This document shows, one piece after another, positions 17,060 through 25,542 of a stretch of DNA of 64,000 bases. The notes beneath the pieces were generated by a model. That model made no database searches. It was not told the DNA's origin and worked only from the letters and a program-made list of their open reading frames with translations. Numbering within the stretch: the first letter of the stretch is position 1; the number at the start of each line of letters is the position of its first letter. The stretch comes from a virus (Duplodnaviria > Caudoviricetes). Location of the stretch: IMG/VR virus record IMGVR_UViG_3300005281_000001, positions 1-64,000 of that record, one strand, 5' to 3'. Both the position numbers and the translations under genes were made by a program.

Positions 17060-18565
17060 ATGTTGGGTGTTATGGACCCGCAAGTTACCGAAGGCTTCGG
17101 TGTATCGTCGGTAGAACAACTCGACGAGCTTCAGAAGGCCCTCGGTACTGGTCAGGATGGCGAAGCATATGGCAATGGTGCCTATGCTGACATGTCCGCT
17201 ATCCGTCCGCAGTCGCTTGAAGGTACGCTCAAGGTCGTGACTGCGAAAGACCAGCACATCAAGTTCTGGAAATCTATCGGCAAGAAGAAAGCATTCAACA
17301 CGGTCGAAGAATTCAACGTATTGGACAGCTACGGTGGGGATTCGTCTCCGTTCTTCGTTGAAGGCGGCCTGCCGAACGAAGAAGATTCGAACTTCATCCG
17401 CCAAGCGCAATACGTGAAGTATCTCGGTACGACTCGTGTTATCACGCATCCGGCAACGCTGGTGCGCAACACGATCGGTGATATCGTAGCGCAACAAACG
17501 CGCGACGGTACGCAATGGCTGCTGATGCAACTGGAGCGTGCCCTGTACTTCGCGGATTCTTCGCTGAACCCGCTGGCATTCGACGGTGTCATTGCGCAAG
17601 TGAAGAACTTCGTCGCAGGCAAGCCGTATGAAAACCAACACATCATCGACATGCGGGGCAACCCGCTGGATGAATTCACACTGGAAGACATCGCGACGAT
17701 CGTACTGGACAACTACGGCAACCCGAGCCTCGAGCTGCACATGACCAACCAAGTGCACAAGGACCTGTCGAAGATCGTCCTCGGTACGACGGCGAACGGC
17801 GTGTACAACGGCCGTCAGCGTGTCGACAATCCGGGTGAAGGCATCCGACTCGGTCAGCCGGTAACCGGCTATCAAGCAAACGCGGCCTCGATCCAGTTCG
17901 TCAACAACATCTTCCTGAAGCCGCTGGGCGCGCCGAAAGCTGCTTCGCAAAAAGGCGCACCGGCTGTTCCGACCATCACGGGTATCGCTGCACCGGTTGA
18001 CGCTGTGGAAGATGCGACGAGCAAGATGACGGCCGGCACGTATCACTACTTCGTGTCCGCAGTCAACAGCCAAGGCGAATCCGCACCGGTTTACGCTGGC
18101 AGCGTAGCTGTCGCATCCGGCCAACGTGCAGACATCACGATCAACCGGGTAGTCACCGACCCGGCGGCACTGACGTACCGCGTATATCGAGGCGTAACGA
18201 GCAACGCTTCCGAAGCGCAATTCGCTTTCGAAGTGAAGGATGCAGGCGGTACGGAGCCGACGCAAGTGATCTCGGACCGGAACTTCGACATTCCGGGCAC
18301 GCATACGGCAATCCTGATCGACAACGATCCCGACCAAGTGCTGTGCTTCAAACAGCTCGCACCGCTCATGAAGATGCCGCTGGCGCGCATCAGCGCTTCG
18401 GAACGCTTCATGATCCTGCTGTACGGCATGGTTCAGGTCTACAACCCGCGCCGGATCGTCGTCATCAAGAACATCGGCGTGCAAGGCATCAACAGCAACC
18501 GTCCGCTGTTCGGTCCGACCTACGGTGCGACGAGCTTCGGCACGATCAAGCCCGTTGCGCGCTAA
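17060..18565 (+). CDS. Major capsid protein (SPO1/Twort-like) with FN3/Ig-like insertion
   Basis: QSLEGTLKV, NTVEEFN, FFVEGGLP, ERALYFADS, IIDMRG, LAPLMKMPLA motifs; TYHYFVSAVNSQGES insertion; follows protease/scaffold. Confidence 0.92.
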   Translation: MLGVMDPQVTEGFGVSSVEQLDELQKALGTGQDGEAYGNGAYADMSAIRPQSLEGTLKVVTAKDQHIKFWKSIGKKKAFNTVEEFNVLDSYGGDSSPFFVEGGLPNEEDSNFIRQAQYVKYLGTTRVITHPATLVRNTIGDIVAQQTRDGTQWLLMQLERALYFADSSLNPLAFDGVIAQVKNFVAGKPYENQHIIDMRGNPLDEFTLEDIATIVLDNYGNPSLELHMTNQVHKDLSKIVLGTTANGVYNGRQRVDNPGEGIRLGQPVTGYQANAASIQFVNNIFLKPLGAPKAASQKGAPAVPTITGIAAPVDAVEDATSKMTAGTYHYFVSAVNSQGESAPVYAGSVAVASGQRADITINRVVTDPAALTYRVYRGVTSNASEAQFAFEVKDAGGTEPTQVISDRNFDIPGTHTAILIDNDPDQVLCFKQLAPLMKMPLARISASERFMILLYGMVQVYNPRRIVVIKNIGVQGINSNRPLFGPTYGATSFGTIKPVAR

Positions 18566-18584
18566 GCCGCAGACATCTACAGAG

Positions 18585-18619
18585 AGGAAGGGCAGGGCTC
18601 CGTCCAAGCCCTTCCTTTC
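18585..18619 (+). terminator. Hairpin after the capsid gene
   Basis: AGGAAGGGC...GCCCTTCCT then TTC. Confidence 0.5.
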
Positions 18620-18653
18620 GACTATTATCAAGCATTTAAGGAGCTGAAGCGCT

Positions 18654-19112
18654 ATGTCGGCTATCAAAGTCAGAAAGATCGTCGGCCGGTTCCCGGAGAC
18701 GGTCAAGATTTGTGGAGAGCTCGTGGTGTTCAGCGAGAACGGCGTCGCTTCTGTTTCAGAAAAGGTTGCCGAGTTCTTGAAGGAGCACCTGTCGCATGAA
18801 TACCTGTTCGCCAATGAAGATGGCACGTTCCCGGCGCCGGAAGAAGCTGCATCGGCAGCCGAAGCACCGAAAGTGGTCTCGGACGAGGAACGCGACCTGC
18901 GCGGCGAACTGGCGCGCGCGAGGGCAGCCAACGCTGACCTTACGGCTGAGCTTCAGAAGGCACAAGAGAAAATTAAGGCACTGGAGGCAGAGGTTGCGGA
19001 GCTGAAGAAAGCTGCTGAAGCTGCTGAAGCTTCTTCGACCTCGCCCGCAGCACCGGCAGCACCCACGCGCCGCACGCCGGCCAAACCGGCAGCCCCGAAG
19101 AAGGAGGGGTAA
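18654..19112 (+). CDS. Hypothetical coiled-coil protein
   Basis: SD AAGGAG; heptad region and A/P/K tail; position after the capsid gene. Confidence 0.7.
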   Translation: MSAIKVRKIVGRFPETVKICGELVVFSENGVASVSEKVAEFLKEHLSHEYLFANEDGTFPAPEEAASAAEAPKVVSDEERDLRGELARARAANADLTAELQKAQEKIKALEAEVAELKKAAEAAEASSTSPAAPAAPTRRTPAKPAAPKKEG

Positions 19113-19115
19113 TAC

Positions 19116-19388
19116 ATGTCTGTATTTGGCTTCCGAAGTCATGCCGTGTTCGAGGGCGTAACCGAAGGCGTACTCGACTCGCACGGCGCCTATCTGTACG
19201 CGGAAGTGACCAATGACGGACAATCGGATGTCTACTTCTTCCCGAATCCGATCCTCCCGAGTGGCATAGCGAACCCGGCTGTTCCGGCCGGCATCCCGAT
19301 TAAGGCCGGAACGACGCGGGCAATTCCGATGTCGCTGTACACCTTCAAAGCGAGTGGTCCGGTCACGGTGGTCGCTTACCGCTCGTAA
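19116..19388 (+). CDS. Small beta-rich virion protein (possible decoration)
   Basis: SD AGGAGG; lies in the head-neck operon. Confidence 0.55.
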   Translation: MSVFGFRSHAVFEGVTEGVLDSHGAYLYAEVTNDGQSDVYFFPNPILPSGIANPAVPAGIPIKAGTTRAIPMSLYTFKASGPVTVVAYRS

Positions 19389-19400
19389 GGAGTGGACCCT

Positions 19401-20303
19401 ATGCCGAAGTACACGAAAGTTGTTCCGTACTGGGAAGTCGAGGAAATCGACGACGGACAGGGCGGGACGATCAAAAAGTATAAGTCCACGACGAACCTTC
19501 CGAGCCCGGACGACGTTCGCCGGCAGTGGTGCTTCGGCCTTCCGCTGGCTACCGAAGACGGAACGCCGATGACGGACGAGGACATCATCTCCTTTATGAA
19601 CGGCGCAATCGCCCGCATGGAGCGTGAGCTGGGAGTCTTCCTAAAGCCGACGATTATCGCGTGCAACGGCGAGATGCGCGGGCTCGAGCCCGGCGTGGAC
19701 TTCGACATCGAGGAACCGCCGTATGATTACGACTACAAGCAGTGGTTCAACTACGGATTCCTCCAACTGCGGCATCGTCCGGTCATCGAGCTGCACGAGT
19801 TCAAGCTGATACTTCCAAATAACCAGATCATCTTCGACTTCATGACGAAGCCGGAGTGGCTGAAGACCAACCCGCGCTCCGGGCAAGTCAGGATTGTGCC
19901 GTATGCCGGCGATCCGACGATCTTCAGCCTTGCAGGATCGTCGCTTTCCGGCTATCCGTTCTTGACCGGATTGATTCAGACGAACGTGCCACAGATGATC
20001 TTCGCCTCGTATGTCGCAGGCTTCGAGCTCGGCCAGATTCCGAGTGACATCGTTACGGCTGTCGGCAAGATGGCAGCTATCGACATTCTGGGCGTCGCTG
20101 GCGACGCCGTCATGGTCGGTATTGCCGGCATGTCGACATCCATCGACGGCCTGAGCGAGTCCGTCAGCCTGACGGCATCCGCAACGTCAGCCACCTACGG
20201 CGCGCACATCAAACAGTTGCAGGACGAAGTGAAGGACTTCTTCAGCGCGAAATCCGGCAACATCCGGTCTGCGGTGCGCGGCGTCACGTTTACCGTACTG
20301 TAA
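19401..20303 (+). CDS. Head-tail adaptor / neck protein
   Basis: SD AAGGAG. LRHRPV, YVAGF...IPSDI, STSIDGLSES motifs; synteny. Confidence 0.7.
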   Translation: MPKYTKVVPYWEVEEIDDGQGGTIKKYKSTTNLPSPDDVRRQWCFGLPLATEDGTPMTDEDIISFMNGAIARMERELGVFLKPTIIACNGEMRGLEPGVDFDIEEPPYDYDYKQWFNYGFLQLRHRPVIELHEFKLILPNNQIIFDFMTKPEWLKTNPRSGQVRIVPYAGDPTIFSLAGSSLSGYPFLTGLIQTNVPQMIFASYVAGFELGQIPSDIVTAVGKMAAIDILGVAGDAVMVGIAGMSTSIDGLSESVSLTASATSATYGAHIKQLQDEVKDFFSAKSGNIRSAVRGVTFTVL

Positions 20304-20317
20304 AGGAGGGATAAGCG

Positions 20318-21073
20318 GTGTCGGATGTGGGTAATGCAATTCGGAAGATACGCCTGCATGGCGACCGCTTCGAAGACCTTATCTATCGGCGCGGACGTGA
20401 CGTGTTGTGGGAAGAAGGTATTTTGTGCTCGTGCTGGAACATGGACAGCCAGCAGCCGAGGTACGATTGCGCCGCCTGCAACGGCCGGGGACGCATCTTC
20501 AAGCCGCCGGTACTGAGCCGGGTGCTGCTGACCAGCATCACGCAGAACGCCGAGTTCGAGGAAACGGCGGGTATGTTCCATGTCGGCGACGCCGTCATGA
20601 CGGTTCCGAAGTACATGTACAAGCGGAACGACGACGGAACGTTCAACATGAACGTAAAAGAGGTCGTTCCGGCGTACAACGTCGGCATGTTCGACATCAT
20701 CACCGTCACAGACGATGACTATAAATCTTCTGAAGTCCTGATCCGCAATCAGCCGATGTACCAGAGGCCGGCGGACACACTACTGAATGATCACATCATC
20801 GACATTCAGGTCGTGCGCAAGACCGACCCGGTGACGGGAGAGATTATCGACTACGAGCCGGATGTCGACTACACACACGAGAACAACCGCATCGTATGGC
20901 TGCCCGGCGGAAGATCGCCGGAAGATGGGGAGCAGTATAGCGTCACTTACCACCACAGGCCGTCATTCACGGTCCTGACAACACTTCCGAAGCCCCGCTA
21001 TCAGGACGGCCAGCTTCTGCCGCGTTATGTGGTGCTGCGATACCGGGCGGCGGGTTTTGAGAAGCCGGTATGA
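20318..21073 (+). CDS. Neck / head-closure protein with Zn site
   Basis: SD AAAGGAGG before GTG. CSC...CAACNGRG motif typical of Twort-like neck proteins. Confidence 0.65.
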   Translation: MSDVGNAIRKIRLHGDRFEDLIYRRGRDVLWEEGILCSCWNMDSQQPRYDCAACNGRGRIFKPPVLSRVLLTSITQNAEFEETAGMFHVGDAVMTVPKYMYKRNDDGTFNMNVKEVVPAYNVGMFDIITVTDDDYKSSEVLIRNQPMYQRPADTLLNDHIIDIQVVRKTDPVTGEIIDYEPDVDYTHENNRIVWLPGGRSPEDGEQYSVTYHHRPSFTVLTTLPKPRYQDGQLLPRYVVLRYRAAGFEKPV

Positions 21074-21921
21074 GCCTACTGACGATCTCCGCCGAGCTTC
21101 CGAATCTGGATACGATCATTTCGAATCTGGAATCGGCGGGCTCGAGCGGGCAAAAGCTCCCTTTTACCAAAGAGGCCATACGAGCAGCCACGGTCGATGT
21201 CATTCAGCGCACGTGGATTCAGTACGCATCCGGCGCTTACGTCACGTACAGCGGCGGAAGCTTCCGCATCAACGTGGTGACCGGCGAATATGTCCGCAGC
21301 ATTCAGGACGGCGTTCGTTTTCCGAACGACCTGACGGGTGAAGTGTTCACGACCAGCCCGCACGGTGAGTCTATCGAGAAGGGGCAGCGCCCGCGGGATA
21401 TGAAGCAAGCGCTGCTGTCCTCGCCGAAAGCGAAGAAGGGCAAGAACGGAAGCCGGTACATCACGATTCCGTTCCGGCACGGAACGCCCGGCGCGACGAC
21501 AATTCCGGCTATGCCCCGGGCCGTTTATAACGCTGCCCGGCGGCTCGGCTACACCCGGCGGGAGCAGGGGTTGACTGGAGACGCCCGTGTTTATGTTTGG
21601 GGCGGACGGTACAATCAGGGTGTGGAGCGCGACGCACAGTACGGCATGCGGACGCACATCGGCGCTCACCCGGGGTCCGGCTATCAGCACAAAAGCGGTA
21701 TCTATGAGGGCATGGTTCGCATGGGACGGCCGGGGCATTCGCAGTACATGACCTTCCGAAGGGTGTCGGATAAGTCCGACCCGCGGAGCTGGATGCATCC
21801 CGGAACGCCGCCGCGCCCGATCCGCGAAGCGGTTGTCGAGAATACGAAGGAAGAAGTGCTTCAGCTCATCCGGCGCGGATTCGAAATGGACCTTTACTTT
21901 ATGGGATTGGGGGGAAGCTGA
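21070..21921 (+). CDS. Neck / tail-completion protein
   Basis: YITIPFRHGTP and YMTFRRVSDKSDPRSWMHPG motifs as in SPO1/Twort-type morphogenesis genes. Confidence 0.65.
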   Translation: MSLLTISAELPNLDTIISNLESAGSSGQKLPFTKEAIRAATVDVIQRTWIQYASGAYVTYSGGSFRINVVTGEYVRSIQDGVRFPNDLTGEVFTTSPHGESIEKGQRPRDMKQALLSSPKAKKGKNGSRYITIPFRHGTPGATTIPAMPRAVYNAARRLGYTRREQGLTGDARVYVWGGRYNQGVERDAQYGMRTHIGAHPGSGYQHKSGIYEGMVRMGRPGHSQYMTFRRVSDKSDPRSWMHPGTPPRPIREAVVENTKEEVLQLIRRGFEMDLYFMGLGGS

Positions 21922-22472
21922 TGGCTGACATTGAGTTCGACTACGCCACAATAGACGTGAAGCAGGAATTGGTCGACATTCTAAAAGCCCAGCTTCCGAA
22001 AAAGGGCTTCGGGGATGTCCGCGTCCTGAAGTCCGATCCTGCCCTACCAAGCGAGCTGCCATGCATTGGCATCAACCGAATATCCGACGACGAAACGCAA
22101 ATGTCCATCGGTGACAGCATCGGTGCTTCTTACGACGGAACTGGAGAGTTCCGGCACCAGCAGGGCACGTTCTTCAATGAGTCCATGGAAGTCCGCATCT
22201 GGCACACGAACGCCGACCAGCGCGACGCACTTTACCTTACACTGCGCGCGATCCTGTTCGCGTTCCGGCTGCCGCTGGTTGAGAAAGGGCTTCGTAATGT
22301 CACGCTTCGCATGGGCAGGGACGAGCAGGACAGCACCATGCAGTTTGCTCCGAGCGTTATCTACTGGAGCACCATTACCCTGACTTATGCGAATCCGCTC
22401 AACGTCGATATCATCGAAGATGTCGAGCCGATCTCGGCGGTCATCGATAATGGCACTGTGGAAGGAGGATGA
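21921..22472 (+). CDS. Probable tail terminator
   Basis: Size, position before sheath, LPCIGI beta pattern. Confidence 0.55.
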   Translation: MADIEFDYATIDVKQELVDILKAQLPKKGFGDVRVLKSDPALPSELPCIGINRISDDETQMSIGDSIGASYDGTGEFRHQQGTFFNESMEVRIWHTNADQRDALYLTLRAILFAFRLPLVEKGLRNVTLRMGRDEQDSTMQFAPSVIYWSTITLTYANPLNVDIIEDVEPISAVIDNGTVEGG

Positions 22473-22798
22473 CGGATATGAGTAAGCGGAGCACGAAGAC
22501 GCAGAAGGGCCAACAGCGCAAGGCTGTACAGGAGCCTGTAGCCGCAGAACTTCCGAAGGCGGAAGACAGCCCTCAGCCTTCCGAAGTGAACGGAGGCGGG
22601 AGTAAATTAGCGTCGACGCAAGCTTCGGAAGACTGTAAAATTACGTTTGAAGGGTACTTGCGGCGGGTATCGGTACGCCCCGGACTGGTCGCAAGCTTCA
22701 AGGCGGAGGCTGCCAACACTCCGGGCGCGCTGGACCCGAAAACAGCGGAGGAATGGGCCGCAGCCTTCGAAAAGCAAGCAAAACGGGTATATCCGTAA
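22469..22798 (+). CDS. Hypothetical protein upstream of sheath
   Basis: SD GGAGG; ORF with three CTTCSGAAG copies in a low-complexity region. Confidence 0.6.
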   Translation: MTDMSKRSTKTQKGQQRKAVQEPVAAELPKAEDSPQPSEVNGGGSKLASTQASEDCKITFEGYLRRVSVRPGLVASFKAEAANTPGALDPKTAEEWAAAFEKQAKRVYP

Positions 22799-22822
22799 AG
22801 TCCGTAAAGGAGGGTATCAGCT

Positions 22823-24211
22823 ATGGCAATCAACATCTCGTTTGGCGGAACGACCATCCAGCGCCCGGGTGCTTTTGCGATTGTGGATACAGCGAACATG
22901 GTTCCGGTCTCGCTGGGCGCACTCCGCAGTTTGGCCGTAATCGGCGTGATGGATGAGTCCGCCTCGCTGGCGCCGGGTCGTGCCTACGCCTTCACGGAGC
23001 CTTCCGAAGCGCGTAAAGCGCTGACGCAGGGCGAGCTGCTGGATGTGATGTACACCGCATGGCAGCATGGCGCCAACCTGATCTACGTTGTGCCGGTAAA
23101 CAAACCGGTAGCCGCCAGCATCACGCTGAAGGACAACGACGAAGAATCCCCGGCCGATGTACTGAAGCTGACGGCACGTGCCCATGGCACGAAAGGCAAC
23201 GGCATCACGGTGGAAGTCGCAAACAACGACCTTATCGTGGCGTTCGACGGGAGGTCGGAGTCCTACGATGCGACGAAGACGGTTGAAGAACTTGCAGCAC
23301 TCGTCAACGCCGGCAGCGCGCTCGTAACGGCTGAAGTGGTTGGTTCCGGTACCGCAGTTCTCGGCACGCTGGCCGAAACGAATCTGTCGGGTGGCGGCGC
23401 AGGCGCACCGGTCACGGACAGCGACTGGGAAGAAGCGCTGGAAGTGCTCGAGCAGATCGAAGTGGACGGCCTGATCCCGGTCACGACAGCACAAGCCATT
23501 CAGGCGAAGGTCGATGCGCATGTACAGGCTATGTCGAACATCCACAACCGCCGTCGTCGCCGGGCATTCTACGGCCACGCTGTAGGCGAGTCCATTGAAA
23601 ACATCAAGAATCTTGCTGCTGCGCTGAATAACGAACGCGCGCTGCTGGCCACGCCTTGTCCGATGATAGCGGACTCCAGCGGCAACCGAGTAACGAAGCC
23701 GTCGTACTACACGGCAGCGGCCGTAGCCGGTATTTGGTCCGGTCAAGAGCCGCAGGAGCCTGTTACCTATAAGGCGGTCAAGTTCGCAGGGCTCGAGAAG
23801 CAGTACAAGCCGACGGAAATCGTCGAACTTCTGAATGCGCACGTCTGCGTCGTCGAAGTGGTGAAGAACGGCGGATACCGGATCGTGCAGGGCATTACGA
23901 CTTCGTCCTCGGCCGACCTGACGCAAGCTGAACTGTCGGTATCGACGCTGAAGGACATTATGTCCGAAAATCTTGAAACGCACTTCGAGAACAAGTACGT
24001 TGGCAAAGCTGGCGTCCGCGGCGTCGAAATCACGATGTACAACGATCTGGTATCGATGCTGGAGCAGTTCGTATCGAGCGGCCTGATCGCCGGATACGTT
24101 GCGGATTCCGTCAAAGTCACGCGGAACGGTACGACGTTTAATCTGGAATGGCAGGGCACGCCGACGCTCCCGATCAACAACTTCCTCATCACGACCAGCC
24201 TGACCCTGTAA
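22823..24211 (+). CDS. Contractile tail sheath protein
   Basis: N-terminal IQRPG, LSGGG, YRIVQGITT, C-terminal PINNFLIT; followed by tube gene. Confidence 0.92.
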   Translation: MAINISFGGTTIQRPGAFAIVDTANMVPVSLGALRSLAVIGVMDESASLAPGRAYAFTEPSEARKALTQGELLDVMYTAWQHGANLIYVVPVNKPVAASITLKDNDEESPADVLKLTARAHGTKGNGITVEVANNDLIVAFDGRSESYDATKTVEELAALVNAGSALVTAEVVGSGTAVLGTLAETNLSGGGAGAPVTDSDWEEALEVLEQIEVDGLIPVTTAQAIQAKVDAHVQAMSNIHNRRRRRAFYGHAVGESIENIKNLAAALNNERALLATPCPMIADSSGNRVTKPSYYTAAAVAGIWSGQEPQEPVTYKAVKFAGLEKQYKPTEIVELLNAHVCVVEVVKNGGYRIVQGITTSSSADLTQAELSVSTLKDIMSENLETHFENKYVGKAGVRGVEITMYNDLVSMLEQFVSSGLIAGYVADSVKVTRNGTTFNLEWQGTPTLPINNFLITTSLTL

Positions 24212-24254
24212 TGGGTCGGCTGGAACCTATACCATGTAAAGGGGGAAGCAGGAA

Positions 24255-24692
24255 ATGGCAAGCGTAAATCAGCAATCGGTGCACTCCGGCCACACAATTC
24301 GCCTGAAGGTAAACGGGCAGGAGATCGGACGCGCCCAGTCGATCAGCGGCCGGCGCTCGTTCGGCGTTGAGGGTGTGTACGAAATCGGCTCCATCATGCC
24401 GAACGAGCACGTGGCACTCCGGTATGACGGATCGGTGACGCTGGAGAAGTACCGCATCCGCCAACGCTCGCTGAAGCAACTGGGTCTGGCCGCCCTCGGT
24501 ATCGGTATCCTGCAAATGGGCGTCATCGACATCGAGGTTACGGACATCTACACCGGAGAAATCGTCATGGTCTACCGGGGATGTACGCTCGCAGAAAGCT
24601 CCGAGGACTTCCGGGCGAACGCGTTCGCCGGCGAGCAAGCAACGTGGTACTACCTGTCGGCTGACCAAGGCGTCGCCGAAACGGTAGCGTAA
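24255..24692 (+). CDS. Tail tube protein
   Basis: IGRAQSI...YEIGSIMP...YRGC; 145 aa after sheath. Confidence 0.88.
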   Translation: MASVNQQSVHSGHTIRLKVNGQEIGRAQSISGRRSFGVEGVYEIGSIMPNEHVALRYDGSVTLEKYRIRQRSLKQLGLAALGIGILQMGVIDIEVTDIYTGEIVMVYRGCTLAESSEDFRANAFAGEQATWYYLSADQGVAETVA

Positions 24693-24713
24693 CGATCAAT
24701 CTTCCGAAGACCG

Positions 24714-24748
24714 AAACATCTCCTATCCGTTTGGGTGGGAGATGTTTT
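24714..24748 (+). terminator. Intrinsic terminator after the tube gene
   Basis: AAACATCTCCTATCC...GGGTGGGAGATGTTT followed by TAT. Confidence 0.65.
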
Positions 24749-24767
24749 ATAATTGGAGAGAAATCAT

Positions 24768-25286
24768 ATGAAAGGGATGGTAAAGGTGAAAAACGAGGTT
24801 TATCAAGAAAACATGGAGAAGGTCAAGGCGCTCATGGAGGCCCAAAAGAACGTTCAGCTCGCCGGAAACCTTCGGAAGACGGTACATATCGACTTCACAT
24901 CTCCCGAAGGCAACGTGTACAAAGGCGACGTGACGTTCAAGCGCCTTACGGTAGGCGACATGCTGCGCGTGGAAGCGCTCGTGGCTGAGTACTTCCGAAA
25001 GGCGGGCGTGACCGACATCCGCTTCATCGACGAGAATGCGAAGTTCCACGCGCGTGTCATGGCAACGCTCCGCGTCGCTATGGTGGATATGCCGGACTGG
25101 CTGCGCGACATGGAAAAGTTGACGGAAATTGAGATCATCTACCATGTGTACGGCCAGTACCGTAACTGGGAGGACTCCTTTCTCGTCCGAAGTGCAGCAA
25201 CTGCTTCCGATGATGGTTCGGATTCCGAAGGAGCGGAAGCTTTGGATGCTTCGGAAGCATCTGTACGGGGGAATTCCGCCGACTGA
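24768..25286 (+). CDS. Tail assembly chaperone
   Basis: Between tube and tape measure; SD GGAG before ATG 24768 (alternative GTG 24786). Confidence 0.75.
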   Translation: MKGMVKVKNEVYQENMEKVKALMEAQKNVQLAGNLRKTVHIDFTSPEGNVYKGDVTFKRLTVGDMLRVEALVAEYFRKAGVTDIRFIDENAKFHARVMATLRVAMVDMPDWLRDMEKLTEIEIIYHVYGQYRNWEDSFLVRSAATASDDGSDSEGAEALDASEASVRGNSAD

Positions 25287-25503
25287 TCCGCGCATTCTGG
25301 CCATGACGGACGAGCAGATCGAGCTCGAATTTGCGCACTTAGAGCTCGACCAGATGCTGCGCAACAGCGCAAAAGAAATCTTTACAGACCCGACCTACGA
25401 AGAATACGAAAAGCAGGTTGAGGCTGAAGAATCCGGGGCGAACAGCGTGCCAGAGCTGGACAGCTCCGATACAGACGATAGTGACGACTGGGAAGACGTG
25501 TAG
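25180..25503 (+). CDS. Second tail-chaperone frame (+1), probably reached by frameshift
   Basis: Overlapping +1 ORF with LWML...PPTDPRILAMTDEQI motif; TCC TTT C at 25176-25182. Confidence 0.6.
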   Translation, partial: FSSEVQQLLPMMVRIPKERKLWMLRKHLYGGIPPTDPRILAMTDEQIELEFAHLELDQMLRNSAKEIFTDPTYEEYEKQVEAEESGANSVPELDSSDTDDSDDWEDV

Positions 25504-25542
25504 AGCTGGCGCCTTCCCAGTCCCTTGCAGGGGGTGTTCTCC

